This document shows positions 27,600 to 37,980 of a stretch of 52,126 bases of DNA, in pieces. The notes beneath the pieces were generated by a model. The model searched no databases and was not told where the DNA came from. It saw only the letters and a program-made list of their open reading frames with translations. The stretch covers positions 1-52,126 of the IMG/VR virus record IMGVR_UViG_3300019876_000001. The stretch is one strand, 5' to 3'. How positions within the stretch are numbered: the stretch's first letter is position 1; the number at the start of each line of letters is the position of its first letter. The translations under genes and the position numbers were made by a program. The stretch comes from a virus. Its lineage: Duplodnaviria; Caudoviricetes.

Positions 27600-27775
27600 G
27601 GTTGCGTTCGATGGGCGGGCCGCACTCACCCATCGGGAGCAGAGATCGAGATGACACATCGACGGGTCCCCAAAGAAACCGTGGCTGGATTACTGGCCGT
27701 CTCTGTAAGGGGTGTGGCAGAAATGTCACACCCCGACCATTTAGATTTAGTGTGTGACTCACACAGGAGAAGATC

Positions 27776-28162
27776 ATGTCAGTTGCAACAGCTACAGTTA
27801 AGGGTGGGTTCTGGCCCACTAATGGCGTGACTAGTCTACCGTCAATGAGTGGTAAGGGTCAGCGTCGTCGTGTGGCGTTGTCTTTGGATGGCAAGGGTAC
27901 GTTTGCTTTGCGTGAGATCGTGCGTACGTTGGATGGTGCCGCTCCAGGCACGACAGCAACAAAGACATTTGCGAGGGTTGAAGCCAATGTGGAGTTGGGC
28001 GGAAAGAGAGTGGTGGAGACTGAGACGCTTGTCAATCGTGCGACGACGGCGGCAGATGTTACGGAGACGAAAGCAGACCTCTTCTCGCTCAGTGCAAGAA
28101 CGACGAAGGCTGCACAGTTGAACAAGAACCTTAATCCATTGGGTTCTCCAGGAATGTTCTAG
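27776..28162 (+). CDS. Hypothetical protein (first late gene)
   Basis: Palindrome-AGGAG-ATG; 128 aa. Confidence 0.7.
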   Translation: MSVATATVKGGFWPTNGVTSLPSMSGKGQRRRVALSLDGKGTFALREIVRTLDGAAPGTTATKTFARVEANVELGGKRVVETETLVNRATTAADVTETKADLFSLSARTTKAAQLNKNLNPLGSPGMF

Positions 28163-28259
28163 CGTCGACCTCTTCTCGTTCCTCCCTTGGAGGTTGGCGT
28201 GAAGGCGGCCGCAGTATCTTGGTAGCCGGTGCTGTGGCCGCCACTATAGGAGCAGTGAT

Positions 28260-28889
28260 ATGAAGAAGACTGTAAAGAAGAAGGCACAACCAAAGGTTGC
28301 ATCGAAGAGTTTGGCTAGACCAGGTGATCCTTATGTCGCACCAGATCAGTCCGTGGTTCCTCCCGAGCCTATTAATCGTACCAAGGTACCGACGGGCACT
28401 CAGACTATCGATCCGGAAACGTTTAAGCCTGCGGAACGTCGCACGCTCAAAGATTTGCCGGCGTCGGTCCATCAAGTTAATGGAGTTGCATGCATTTTTA
28501 TGTACACGATGTTAGGCATTGGTGATCGTGAGATTGCTGGTGCATTGAAGATTAGTCTAGAAGAAGTGCGAGGCATTAGGAAACATAGTGCATACATTGA
28601 GTGCTTCAATACTGTGGTCGGTACGTTTATTGATGCGAACTCCGATCATATCCATTCACGTATCGCGGCGTACAGTCATGGCGCGTTGTCGCAGATTGCG
28701 AAGACGGCGTTCTTTGGTAGTAAGGAGAATTTGAAGCTACGGGCCAGTCAAGATTTGATGGATCGTGCAGGGCATCAGCGTAAGGATGCGAACGTGCGCG
28801 GCGATGGTATTATGAATGAGTTGCGGATTATTGTTGTTGAGGGTGAAGGTAAGGTGAATATTAGTATGAATGGAGGAGGCGATGCCTAG
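28260..28889 (+). CDS. Putative terminase small subunit
   Basis: HTH (GIGDREIAGALKIS), KLRASQDLMDRAG motif, upstream of TerL. Confidence 0.6.
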   Translation: MKKTVKKKAQPKVASKSLARPGDPYVAPDQSVVPPEPINRTKVPTGTQTIDPETFKPAERRTLKDLPASVHQVNGVACIFMYTMLGIGDREIAGALKISLEEVRGIRKHSAYIECFNTVVGTFIDANSDHIHSRIAAYSHGALSQIAKTAFFGSKENLKLRASQDLMDRAGHQRKDANVRGDGIMNELRIIVVEGEGKVNISMNGGGDA

Positions 28890-29169
28890 GAATGACCCAC
28901 GCGATATCGCCATTGCCAACGCTGTGAACAAGTATAAAGCTGGTGCTTTGCAGCAGTATGCAGGTAAGCGATATAGTAAGACGGGTGAACCTAGGACGCA
29001 GGGCGAGACTGTGAAGAAGCAGGATCAAGCCATTGCCATTGCGTTAAGTCAGTTAGGTGAAGGGCGCAAGGCGAAGCAAGCACGGACACGAAAGAGGGTA
29101 GTACCTGGATCGACTGCGGCTGCGAGGAAGAAGCCACTGTTACCGGGTGGTGGTGTTGGTGGTTGGTAG
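28882..29169 (+). CDS. DUF6496-like basic protein
   Basis: YKAGAL...KKQDQAIAIALSQ pattern. Confidence 0.55.
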   Translation: MPRNDPRDIAIANAVNKYKAGALQQYAGKRYSKTGEPRTQGETVKKQDQAIAIALSQLGEGRKAKQARTRKRVVPGSTAAARKKPLLPGGGVGGW

Positions 29170-29195
29170 TTGTGTGACTCACACAGGAGATTGAT

Positions 29196-29438
29196 ATGCC
29201 TACGAGCGGAACTCCTTGGCAAGATCGAAGCTTGAATGGCCCCACAGCGTGGGGACCTCTTCAGATTTATACGACGTATAATAGGACAACGGCTGCTCCG
29301 CCGAATGCAGCGTTAGTGTCGCAGTATGCTGGCGAGCGTGTGCTGGATACGAGCACTGGCATTTTGTATCAAGCGCTTATAGCGAACGTGAATAATTCGT
29401 GGCAAGTAGCTGCGATTGCTAAGCATTCCGGTGCTTAG
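29196..29438 (+). CDS. Hypothetical (possible virion) protein
   Basis: Palindrome-AGGAG-ATG; YAGERVLDTSTG.LY pattern. Confidence 0.6.
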   Translation: MPTSGTPWQDRSLNGPTAWGPLQIYTTYNRTTAAPPNAALVSQYAGERVLDTSTGILYQALIANVNNSWQVAAIAKHSGA

Positions 29439-30985
29439 TGCCAACTTATAAACTTGAACGTGGATCGTGTCAGTGGAACTTCCAGGAGAGTCGTGCGAAG
29501 ATTGAAATCTTTGCAGGTTCTTATGGCAATGGGAAGTCCACTGGCCTGATTGTTAAGACGTTGAAGGTCGCCCAGTTATATCCGGGTGCCCTTATTCTTA
29601 TGGCACGTTCGAGTTATCCCAAGTTGAATGATACATTACGTCGTGACTTTCTTAGGTGGTGTCCTAGGAAATGGATAAAGAGAAGGCCAACGAAGGATGA
29701 CAATTCTTGTTATCTTACTAATGGCACCGTTATTCATTTTCGCTACGTGGCTCAACGCGGCAAGATGACAGAGGATGGTTCGACTACTAGTAACTTGTTG
29801 AGTGCCTCTTATGATTGCATCGTTGTCGATCAGATAGAAGATCCTGAAATTCAGCACAAAGATTTCCTTGATCTTATTGGCCGTCTACGTGGCAGTACGC
29901 CATTTAGAGAAGTCGATGGGATGACTGACGATGATATACTAAGTTGGCCTGCGAGTGGGCCACGTATTTTCATGATAGGTTGTAATCCAACACGCAATTG
30001 GTTTTATAGAGAGATTGTTGCGCCTTGGCTAATGTGGCGAGATCGAAAGATATTCAGTGATAAGCTTCTTGTGGATGAGGAAACGAAGGCGCCGATTATT
30101 GAATTGTTTGAGAGTGATGTCTACGCCAATAAGGCTAATCTACCTCCTGATTACATTGCCACTATGGAGTCGTCGTACAGAGGACAAATGTACGATCGTT
30201 ATGTGTTGGGTAAGTGGGCTGCGTATGAGGGACTAGTTCATCCAGATTTTGACACTGCGAAACATTGTTTGTCGCGTCAGGATGTAATGGATTATTTGGG
30301 TGAGTGTCGTCAGCGGAATGTTGTGATCAAAGCTTTGGAAGGTTACGACTTTGGCAACACATCTCCTAGTGTGTATCTACTTTCGTTTGTTGATGATGTA
30401 GGGAGGGTAATAATCTGCGATGGTTTCTATGAGCCGAACTTTAACTACGATCTTCAACCGCAAAGGATATTTGAAATTCGAATGCGATACATGGGTTTTA
30501 TGGAATTCGAAGACGATATTATTGCCGATCCCGCTATATTTAGAAAACAGGTGGTGGCTAAACGGCAGACTGGTGTTAGCGTGGCCCAGTTGTTCAGGGA
30601 ACTCAACCTTAATATGCGAGCAGGAATGAGTGATGTTGGTATTGGTATAGCTAAAGTCAACGCATATCTTGCCGACAAGATGGGTGCTCGTCATCTGTTG
30701 ACTGGTGAGGCTGCTGGCCCTATGCTATACGTGGTCGATGATCTATCTTGGTTCGAAAACGAGATCACCAATTACTACTGGAAGAAAAATCCGTTTGGTG
30801 AGCAGATTGACGAACCACAAGAACATAACGATCACGCGATGACTGCTGCGAAATATATGTTCTCGTATCTACCAGAGCCATCGCAGATTGTTGTGCCTGC
30901 CGATAAGTTGCCTCCGGATTGGATGTACTGGCAAGAAATGGATCGCGATGACTATATGGCGGCAATTAACAATCGCTATCAGTAG
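29438..30985 (+). CDS. terL: Terminase large subunit
   Basis: Walker A GSYGNGKST, Walker B region IVVDQIED, GCNP, RYVLGKW, nuclease GYDFG and NDHAM. Confidence 0.9.
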   Translation: MPTYKLERGSCQWNFQESRAKIEIFAGSYGNGKSTGLIVKTLKVAQLYPGALILMARSSYPKLNDTLRRDFLRWCPRKWIKRRPTKDDNSCYLTNGTVIHFRYVAQRGKMTEDGSTTSNLLSASYDCIVVDQIEDPEIQHKDFLDLIGRLRGSTPFREVDGMTDDDILSWPASGPRIFMIGCNPTRNWFYREIVAPWLMWRDRKIFSDKLLVDEETKAPIIELFESDVYANKANLPPDYIATMESSYRGQMYDRYVLGKWAAYEGLVHPDFDTAKHCLSRQDVMDYLGECRQRNVVIKALEGYDFGNTSPSVYLLSFVDDVGRVIICDGFYEPNFNYDLQPQRIFEIRMRYMGFMEFEDDIIADPAIFRKQVVAKRQTGVSVAQLFRELNLNMRAGMSDVGIGIAKVNAYLADKMGARHLLTGEAAGPMLYVVDDLSWFENEITNYYWKKNPFGEQIDEPQEHNDHAMTAAKYMFSYLPEPSQIVVPADKLPPDWMYWQEMDRDDYMAAINNRYQ

Positions 30986-31057
30986 TCGTGATTGGACTTG
31001 TATTCTACCACCCGGCCATGTTGGTCCGTGTGTGAGTCACACAACGAGGAGAGTGAA

Positions 31058-31495
31058 ATGTCCAAAGCCCCACGCAATCAGATTATGGGCGGATCGGTTC
31101 CTGGTCGCGAAAGCGATGACGATGATGTTCCTCCGGGCCACAGCCCTGATACAGTGCCGGATAGTTTTGGAGAGGCACATGAAAAGGAAGAGGCGGATCA
31201 TGCGGCTTTGAAGGAGCCGCTGGACCCTCCGAAGCGATATAAGCTTTTGAGTGCTGATGCTACGATCGATGGCCAGAAGTACTCAACGCACTTTCCAGAC
31301 CATGGTGGTCACTATGGTATCTTTGTCTTTACCGATAAGCAGGCTTCCGCTGTTGAGGCGCAGGGGTGGCAGATCGTTGAGTTAGGTGGTGAAGATGACT
31401 TTTCCGTTCATCCAGAACTTGAACAGGAAGAGAAGAATGAGGAGGCAAGTAGGCATAAGGCGCCCCCGAAGAAGGTAGACAACAAGGGGTTCTAG
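31058..31495 (+). CDS. Acidic hypothetical protein
   Basis: GAGGAG RBS before MSKAPR. Confidence 0.6.
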   Translation: MSKAPRNQIMGGSVPGRESDDDDVPPGHSPDTVPDSFGEAHEKEEADHAALKEPLDPPKRYKLLSADATIDGQKYSTHFPDHGGHYGIFVFTDKQASAVEAQGWQIVELGGEDDFSVHPELEQEEKNEEASRHKAPPKKVDNKGF

Positions 31496-31882
31496 ATGCC
31501 GTGGATCTCCGACACGACGATCCAACTATACCGGGACCTTAACGCGTCGCTGTCCCAGGTGGCGGTAACTGTTATACAGTTGCCGCGAATACTTAGACGC
31601 ATCCAACAGGAGCTACTTGAAATGGCAAAGAGTAATGCACAGGTTCTCGATGAGGTGCGGCAGACTCGTGGTTTCGTGGCGAGTTTGATCGCGTCTCAAG
31701 AGGCACTTCGTCAGGCAGTGAAAGACGCACTCGCCAGTCACGAAGTGGATCAGGAAGTTTCGGACGAAGTTGACAAGTTGTTCGATGAGGCGAAGGCTGG
31801 TGCTACGTCGACTGCTGGAGCCATCGTGGCCAATCCTACGCCGGCTGATCCGGTGCCGCCTCCGACCCCGCCCGGTGGTTAA
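31496..31882 (+). CDS. Coiled-coil hypothetical protein upstream of the endolysin
   Basis: 128 aa; Pro-rich tail. Confidence 0.6.
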   Translation: MPWISDTTIQLYRDLNASLSQVAVTVIQLPRILRRIQQELLEMAKSNAQVLDEVRQTRGFVASLIASQEALRQAVKDALASHEVDQEVSDEVDKLFDEAKAGATSTAGAIVANPTPADPVPPPTPPGG

Positions 31883-31907
31883 TATCGTTTAACAAGGGAG
31901 AATTTCA

Positions 31908-32510
31908 ATGGACGCGCGTTTGCAGGCTGCGAAGGCTATTATCGACATGGAAGCTCGTCGTGATAGTCGTGGACATTTGGCCATTTACGCCCTACCCCCG
32001 AATGATGGAGGTGGAAAATTCGAGGTGGCAGGTATCAACGAAAAATACAATCCAGCCGAATGCGCGCGTCTTATTGAATTGATCCATGCCAAGAAATTTG
32101 ATGAGGCTGAGGCTTATGCGCAAGAAGTAATTGCGCGAGACACAGACGGTGCTGAACTCTGGCATTTGAAAGCCATTAAGTTCGGTGAGGATGGTGAAAC
32201 TTTAGGTGATCCCGGTGTGCAATTCTTTTTGCGCGATAGTATCTTTAATCGTGGCCTACATGGTGCTGCTCGTATTTTGCAGCTTGCTGTGGGAGTTGAC
32301 GATGACGGCATTGTTGGGCCTGTTACTTGTAAGGCTGTTGAGGAGCGTGAGCCGACGGCACTTCTTAAATCGTTGCGTGAGTCTAGAGAATTTTATGAGC
32401 GTCACGTTGTTGGTTATCGCGCGAACTTCTGGAAGGGGTTGGTCAATCGATGGAATAAGGTCTTGAAGATCGCACAAAATATGGATCAAGGCGATACACG
32501 GATCGTGTGA
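31908..32510 (+). CDS. Endolysin, GH108-like with peptidoglycan-binding C-terminus
   Basis: E...DGGG...AGI, D..FN.G, LQLAVGVDDDGIVGPVT, FWKGLVNR. Confidence 0.85.
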   Translation: MDARLQAAKAIIDMEARRDSRGHLAIYALPPNDGGGKFEVAGINEKYNPAECARLIELIHAKKFDEAEAYAQEVIARDTDGAELWHLKAIKFGEDGETLGDPGVQFFLRDSIFNRGLHGAARILQLAVGVDDDGIVGPVTCKAVEEREPTALLKSLRESREFYERHVVGYRANFWKGLVNRWNKVLKIAQNMDQGDTRIV

Positions 32511-32532
32511 GTCACACACTGAGGAGGTTACC

Positions 32533-32904
32533 ATGGCAACAGCAAGTCCAGTGCCTGCGCTCTCTCAACAAAATCAACAGTTGATTGCGCAGATGATTTC
32601 TATCTTTGGAATGGTCGCAGCAACGCTTGGGTGGGCACCTGCTGAGACAATCCAAGGCATTACTACGAACCTGCTTGCAGGGATTGGGCCGATTGCAACA
32701 GCAGTTGGCTTGATTTGGTCTTTGCTTGCGAGTCGCAAAAATTCAATCGTGTCTGAGGTTGCTGCAATGCCTGAAGTGCGTGCGGTTGTAACTGAGCCAA
32801 CGCATGAAGGGCGAGAACTTGCAAATTCAAGTGCTACGCCAAGTAATGTTGTTGTCGCTCGGCCAGAGGGTACGCCGGTTCCACCTCCACCGTTACATCC
32901 ATAG
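32533..32904 (+). CDS. Putative holin
   Basis: Two hydrophobic helices; directly after the endolysin. Confidence 0.65.
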   Translation: MATASPVPALSQQNQQLIAQMISIFGMVAATLGWAPAETIQGITTNLLAGIGPIATAVGLIWSLLASRKNSIVSEVAAMPEVRAVVTEPTHEGRELANSSATPSNVVVARPEGTPVPPPPLHP

Positions 32905-32918
32905 AAAGGGGCAAGGGT

Positions 32919-33323
32919 ATGAAAATCACTCACTCGTTTTTATTGGCAACGGCGTTGACTATGCCGTTGACTAACTGTGCGCAGCTACAAACTGCGTTCG
33001 AAGTCGCCAACTTCTCAACAGCAAGTGTCGCTAATCCTGTGACACCGCAGATGCTCGATAACCTTGAAAATGCAGCGATTGTGGTATTTGCTGGTCTCAA
33101 CGCTTATCGGCAGTCTTGTGTTCAAAAGGTGATCCCACAAGAATGCAGGACCATTATTAAGCAGATGCAAGTGTACACGCGGCAAATTCCTCCGCTGTTG
33201 ACACAATTGCGCGCATTTGTACGCAACAACGATCAAGTGAACGCTGTGATTGTCTACAACTCAGTCGCCAATTTGGTAGCTTCGTTGAAGACGACAGCGA
33301 CGCAGAACAATGTGAGGGTGTGA
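32919..33323 (+). CDS. Lipoprotein (possible spanin component)
   Basis: Signal peptide with lipobox-like LTNC. Confidence 0.55.
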   Translation: MKITHSFLLATALTMPLTNCAQLQTAFEVANFSTASVANPVTPQMLDNLENAAIVVFAGLNAYRQSCVQKVIPQECRTIIKQMQVYTRQIPPLLTQLRAFVRNNDQVNAVIVYNSVANLVASLKTTATQNNVRV

Positions 33324-33538
33324 TGGACGTAATGGCCGTTCTTGCGATTGTGAATAAGGTCATCCTTGTCGCAAACACACTCATTCAGGCCGGTCAGTCT
33401 GCTGAGCCTGCGATTACTGCACTGATCAACTTTGCGAAGGGTGTCAAGAAGGGTCCTATTACGCCTGAGCAGGTTGCGAAGACTGATGCAATCCTGGATG
33501 CGTTGCTTGCTCAATTCAACGAAGAGCTTCCAGAGTAA
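33320..33538 (+). CDS. Small amphipathic protein in the lysis cassette
   Basis: 72 aa, coupled to the lipoprotein gene. Confidence 0.55.
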   Translation: MMDVMAVLAIVNKVILVANTLIQAGQSAEPAITALINFAKGVKKGPITPEQVAKTDAILDALLAQFNEELPE

Positions 33539-33556
33539 CCGTGTGAGTCACACACC

Positions 33557-35824
33557 ATGACCGACACATTGACTGGCTCACGTCAGTATGATGACTTGCT
33601 CGATTACGATGACGAGCTTACAACGAAGGCGCGTCCTCGTGAAAGTAAGGATGTACAGCCTCCGTTCCAGATTTATGAGGGGAGTCGCATTGCTGTCGGT
33701 AAAGCGTTTGGCACGATGTGCAAACGTAAGATTGATGCAGCAAAAGTGGCCTATGATGCCGTAAATGCCGTTACTGAGGAGGTATTTCGCTATTACAATC
33801 ATCACCACGGAAAGATAAATAATACGCCCAGAGGCGTTTTTAAGCGTGGGGACGCTTCTGAGAACGTTATCTTCAGTAACCTCAATGTGATGCTTCCGGC
33901 CGTTTATAGCAAAAACCCCGATATTACGTGTTCTACGACAGATGAGGGTGATGAGGATTTTCTGCAAACTTTGGAGGCACTGATAAATGCCTTGTTTAAG
34001 CGAAAAGATGGTCTTAATGCCAAGCCGCGAATTAAGAAAGGCGCTGGCATGGGACTACTCACAAACCTCGGCATTATTAAGCTTAATTTCACGCAGAAGT
34101 CCGACTCTCGTGAAGTCGCCATGCGTGAAATGGAACGTATTACTACCGAACTCGGTAAAGCCAAAAAGCAACAGGACGTTGATCGATTATACGGTGAATT
34201 GGAAGCTCTCGAACGTAACATGGAAGTCCTTGAGCCCAGTGGCTTTGGGCTGTCGAACGTCCTCCCGCATCGACTCATTGTTGACCCTTATGCTGAGCAG
34301 TCAGATGGCATGGACGCTGGATGGATGGCGGAGGAGGTATATCTCTCTACGGCTTATTTGACTGCGCGTTTTACGTCGCCCGATGAAGAAGACGATCCAG
34401 ACGATACCAATCGAAAGTTGATCTACAAGCCTACGCATAAGGCTCGTTTTGTTGTAGGTGAGGGGGGACAACGTGATGATGGACTCGGTTTGGTTATGGA
34501 CTCAATTGATAAGACTGGAAACGAGCCTACTTCTTTTACTGAGGATGAACGAACAGCTTATATTAATATGTATTATACTAAGTGTTTTTATTATTGGGAT
34601 AAACCAACGCGCCGATTGATGTTGTTTCATTCTGGTGATTGGACGTGGCCGATTTGGGTATGGGACGATCCTTTGGGCCTCACACGGTTCTATCCATACT
34701 TTATCATATCGTTTGTTATGAGTACTGGAGGCACCGTTAGCGTTGGCGAGACAGCTTACATCTTGGATCATCAGGACGAAGTAAACGACATAGCGCGGCA
34801 AAAGAGTCGTATTCGTCGCTCTGTCTTCGATTACTTCTTCTATAACTCCAGTAAGTTCAAGAAGGATGAAGTTGAGAAGTTCATTCGTGTGTTGCGCGGT
34901 GAGACGTCGAGAGGCAAACATGCGATTGGTGTTGACGCAGGTGAAATGAAGATATCTGACGTCTTCGAAGCGCTGAAGCCTCCGTCAGCGGAACATGAGA
35001 AGCTTTTCGATAGTGAACCTACGCTAGCCTCGATTAATCGCATTACGAATACCAGTGATGCTTTGCGTGGCGTTCAGTTCAAGACAAATACGACTGAAGA
35101 TGCTGTTCAGTCCTATATGGAGTCGTTGAAGCTCAGTGTAGGCGCTAAGGTCGATGTGATTGAGGATGTTGTCGCTGATATTGCGTTAGCTGTTGCAGAA
35201 GTAGCTGTTCAGTTTATGGATGAGCAAGACGTGGAGAACGTTGTAGGGCCTTATCTTGCGCAGTTTTGGCAACAAATGACTGTGAGTGAGTTCCATGCGA
35301 ACTATGACGTTGAATTGGTTGCAGGGAGCATGGAGAAGCCTACAAGCATCTTTAAGAAGAAGGAGGCTGTTGACGTTACTACGGCGGTTGGCCAGTTTGC
35401 GTCAGCAGCACCAGGATCGACGCTTACAATTATGCTCAAGGTTCTCTCCAAGGCGTTTACTGAGATCGTTATCAAGCCAGAGGATTGGGCAGCGCTCAAA
35501 CAGGAAATTCAAGCGAACCTTCAGAGGGGTGTGAGTACAGGGGGTGGACAACCGCAGCCTGGAGGACAGCAGCCGCAACCAGCAAATGGTCAGGCTGGTG
35601 GTATTCAAATGGATCAGAATGGAGGTGGCGACATTCGGCAAAAGGCTCTGCAATTGCCTGATGCTGTGAAACAGAAGGTAATGCAATTGAAGCAACAAGG
35701 TGCATCTGACGATCAGATACGCCAGTTTGTCACGCAACAAGTTCAGACAAATCAAAACCCTGCCAATGGTGGTGGGCGACAAGGGACACAGACAAATGGC
35801 TCCGCGCAGCAGCAACTTCAATAG
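33557..35824 (+). CDS. Portal protein
   Basis: 755 aa upstream of scaffold and capsid; N....N.....P.VY..NP pattern; Gln-rich C-terminal tail. Confidence 0.8.
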   Translation: MTDTLTGSRQYDDLLDYDDELTTKARPRESKDVQPPFQIYEGSRIAVGKAFGTMCKRKIDAAKVAYDAVNAVTEEVFRYYNHHHGKINNTPRGVFKRGDASENVIFSNLNVMLPAVYSKNPDITCSTTDEGDEDFLQTLEALINALFKRKDGLNAKPRIKKGAGMGLLTNLGIIKLNFTQKSDSREVAMREMERITTELGKAKKQQDVDRLYGELEALERNMEVLEPSGFGLSNVLPHRLIVDPYAEQSDGMDAGWMAEEVYLSTAYLTARFTSPDEEDDPDDTNRKLIYKPTHKARFVVGEGGQRDDGLGLVMDSIDKTGNEPTSFTEDERTAYINMYYTKCFYYWDKPTRRLMLFHSGDWTWPIWVWDDPLGLTRFYPYFIISFVMSTGGTVSVGETAYILDHQDEVNDIARQKSRIRRSVFDYFFYNSSKFKKDEVEKFIRVLRGETSRGKHAIGVDAGEMKISDVFEALKPPSAEHEKLFDSEPTLASINRITNTSDALRGVQFKTNTTEDAVQSYMESLKLSVGAKVDVIEDVVADIALAVAEVAVQFMDEQDVENVVGPYLAQFWQQMTVSEFHANYDVELVAGSMEKPTSIFKKKEAVDVTTAVGQFASAAPGSTLTIMLKVLSKAFTEIVIKPEDWAALKQEIQANLQRGVSTGGGQPQPGGQQPQPANGQAGGIQMDQNGGGDIRQKALQLPDAVKQKVMQLKQQGASDDQIRQFVTQQVQTNQNPANGGGRQGTQTNGSAQQQLQ

Positions 35825-36938
35825 TGATGCTAATCAAGACCTCGTTTTCGACAACCTTGGACTCTCCCAACAAGATTTGGGAATGGGCGGTAACGAAGGT
35901 GATTTCAATGATCCTGGTGATGATGACGACGCTGGATTAGGAGATCAACAGGATGATTTGCAACTTGATGACGGTGACGATGATGGAGATAGTGATCCAT
36001 TTGCGTTGCGTGATGATGATCTGCCTCAAGATCGCCGTGTGAGTCACACAGAAGGTGATCGCCGACAACAGCAGCAACAGCGGCGCGAGCCTCGGCCACT
36101 TCCAAAGGATGCAAAGGTCCGTCCAGACAAGAACGGCAATTTGCTCAATGAAAAGGGCGAAATCGTTGCTCGGGCGGGTCGTGAGGCTCGATATTACACA
36201 GCTAGGGAAAAGGCTAAAAAGGACTTGGTGTCGCGCGATAGCCAGCTTCGAGATACTGCGGGGCGTTTAGGTCGTGTTACGCAGATTGCGCGAGAGCTTA
36301 AGGCCACTGTTGACGGGTACGCTAATCAGTTTAAGGCCATTAAGGACATGGGATTTACTGCCGATGATCAAGTGGCAGCCATGAACTTGTTCTCTCAGAT
36401 GAGAAAAGACCCGAAAGGGACCTTGACAAAGCTGTTGACTCGTGCAGCGGCAAATGGTATAACTGTAGATGGTCAATCAGGTCAGCCACAACAAGCGCAG
36501 ATCGCAGATGTTGTTAAGGGCCTGTTAGATGAGCAACTGAAGCCGTTTAAAGAAAACCTGACTGCTAATCAAGAGCGTGAACGTGCGGAACAGCAACGAC
36601 GCAATGATGCAGCGGCAGTGGATAATGAAGTTGGCCAGTTCTTTGGTCGTAACCCGGACGCTGTGCCCTACGCTCCGGTGTTTGCAAGGGTGTTACGTGA
36701 CCCAGCTTTCTCTGGCATGTCGCTAGGTGAAATCTACGCACGTATCTTACAAAACCAGTCTAGGGGCGGTCGCCGTCCTTCGCTGCGTGATCCCGGTCGA
36801 AATGGCCGAACTCCCTCTCGTAGGGGAAGTCCACCGAATGGTCGATCTGCTCCGTTTAACGGCGGGACAGAAATCGCTAATGTGAACGAGACTTACGACT
36901 CGATCATCAATAGCGTGCTCGACGAAAACCGTGTGTGA
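35796..36938 (+). CDS. Capsid scaffolding protein
   Basis: Acidic disordered N-terminus plus coiled coils, between portal and MCP. Confidence 0.7.
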   Translation: MAPRSSNFNSDANQDLVFDNLGLSQQDLGMGGNEGDFNDPGDDDDAGLGDQQDDLQLDDGDDDGDSDPFALRDDDLPQDRRVSHTEGDRRQQQQQRREPRPLPKDAKVRPDKNGNLLNEKGEIVARAGREARYYTAREKAKKDLVSRDSQLRDTAGRLGRVTQIARELKATVDGYANQFKAIKDMGFTADDQVAAMNLFSQMRKDPKGTLTKLLTRAAANGITVDGQSGQPQQAQIADVVKGLLDEQLKPFKENLTANQERERAEQQRRNDAAAVDNEVGQFFGRNPDAVPYAPVFARVLRDPAFSGMSLGEIYARILQNQSRGGRRPSLRDPGRNGRTPSRRGSPPNGRSAPFNGGTEIANVNETYDSIINSVLDENRV

Positions 36939-36966
36939 GTCACACAGATAAAGGACGGGATACGCA

Positions 36967-37944
36967 ATGCCAGCACTTGACACCCTAATACACTCCATGC
37001 TTGAGCGCAGCCGTGCGAAGCTCATCATGGCGTCAGCTATTTCCGGTACCGTGAGTGCCTATTTGCACGCCAAAAAGCGTGTGATCATTGAGGATGGTGG
37101 ACCAGACATCACCAATCCTCTCATCGTCGGTCTGAACCCTAACGTCACCTCGATGCAGTACTATGATCAGGTGCCTGTTGACCAGACCAACGAATTCACG
37201 ACCGTTGTATATGCGATGAGTCGTGTCGTGGGCACTATGATCATCTCGGATCAGGAAGAGGACGAAAACCAAGGTAGGTCGGTCATCTTCAAGATCCTCA
37301 AAGGTAAGATGATGGCGCTTAATGAGTCCATCTCTCGCCAGTTTGCTACTTACCATACCTCTGTGGGCACTGGTACTGATCCAAATGGCCTCGGCAACCT
37401 CATTCCTGCCGATCCAACGACAGGGACAATCGGAGGCATCAGCCTTGCAACCGAGTCTCAATGGCGTCCTTCGTCATACGCGTTCGCGACAACGCTTACG
37501 CCGGAGAATATCGAGGAAGCTTTCGATGACGTCCTCGAAATCGATCTCAACCGTGGCCAAACGACGGACAGCGAGGCGAAAGAAAAGCCCACCTGCATAT
37601 TCGCAGGACGAAATATCTACCGCATGCATAAGGCTGCTGCGCGCGACAAGACTACTATTCAGCTCGGCGACACCGGCTTCGGTAAGAAACTTATCAATCT
37701 TGGCATCGTTGGAACGACGCACAATGGCGTCCCTCTTATGTTCGATGAGAAGCTTGCCGCCAACGACTTCTACATGATCAACGACTCGTATATGTCGTTG
37801 CACATCCTTCGCGGCGTCAACATGAAGATCAAGCAATTGGTCGCGCCGTGGAATACCGATGCAGTTGGTCGCCGTGTCGTTTGGGAAGGCCAGTTGTGCT
37901 CTTGGCGCAATTATCGGACCCATGCATATGGCACAAACGCCTAA
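36967..37944 (+). CDS. Major capsid protein
   Basis: 325 aa; GG..I..PL....N......YYD and GTGTDPNGLGNL patterns; position after scaffold. Confidence 0.8.
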   Translation: MPALDTLIHSMLERSRAKLIMASAISGTVSAYLHAKKRVIIEDGGPDITNPLIVGLNPNVTSMQYYDQVPVDQTNEFTTVVYAMSRVVGTMIISDQEEDENQGRSVIFKILKGKMMALNESISRQFATYHTSVGTGTDPNGLGNLIPADPTTGTIGGISLATESQWRPSSYAFATTLTPENIEEAFDDVLEIDLNRGQTTDSEAKEKPTCIFAGRNIYRMHKAAARDKTTIQLGDTGFGKKLINLGIVGTTHNGVPLMFDEKLAANDFYMINDSYMSLHILRGVNMKIKQLVAPWNTDAVGRRVVWEGQLCSWRNYRTHAYGTNA

Positions 37945-37980
37945 CCCTATCCTAAACCCTTAGCCTTATGGAGGGCTGAA

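Noticed and set aside
27382-27819. 145-aa minus-strand ORF across the divergent promoter region
   Set aside because: It spans three palindromes and both promoters, overlaps the first late gene in antisense, and lacks an RBS or protein-like features
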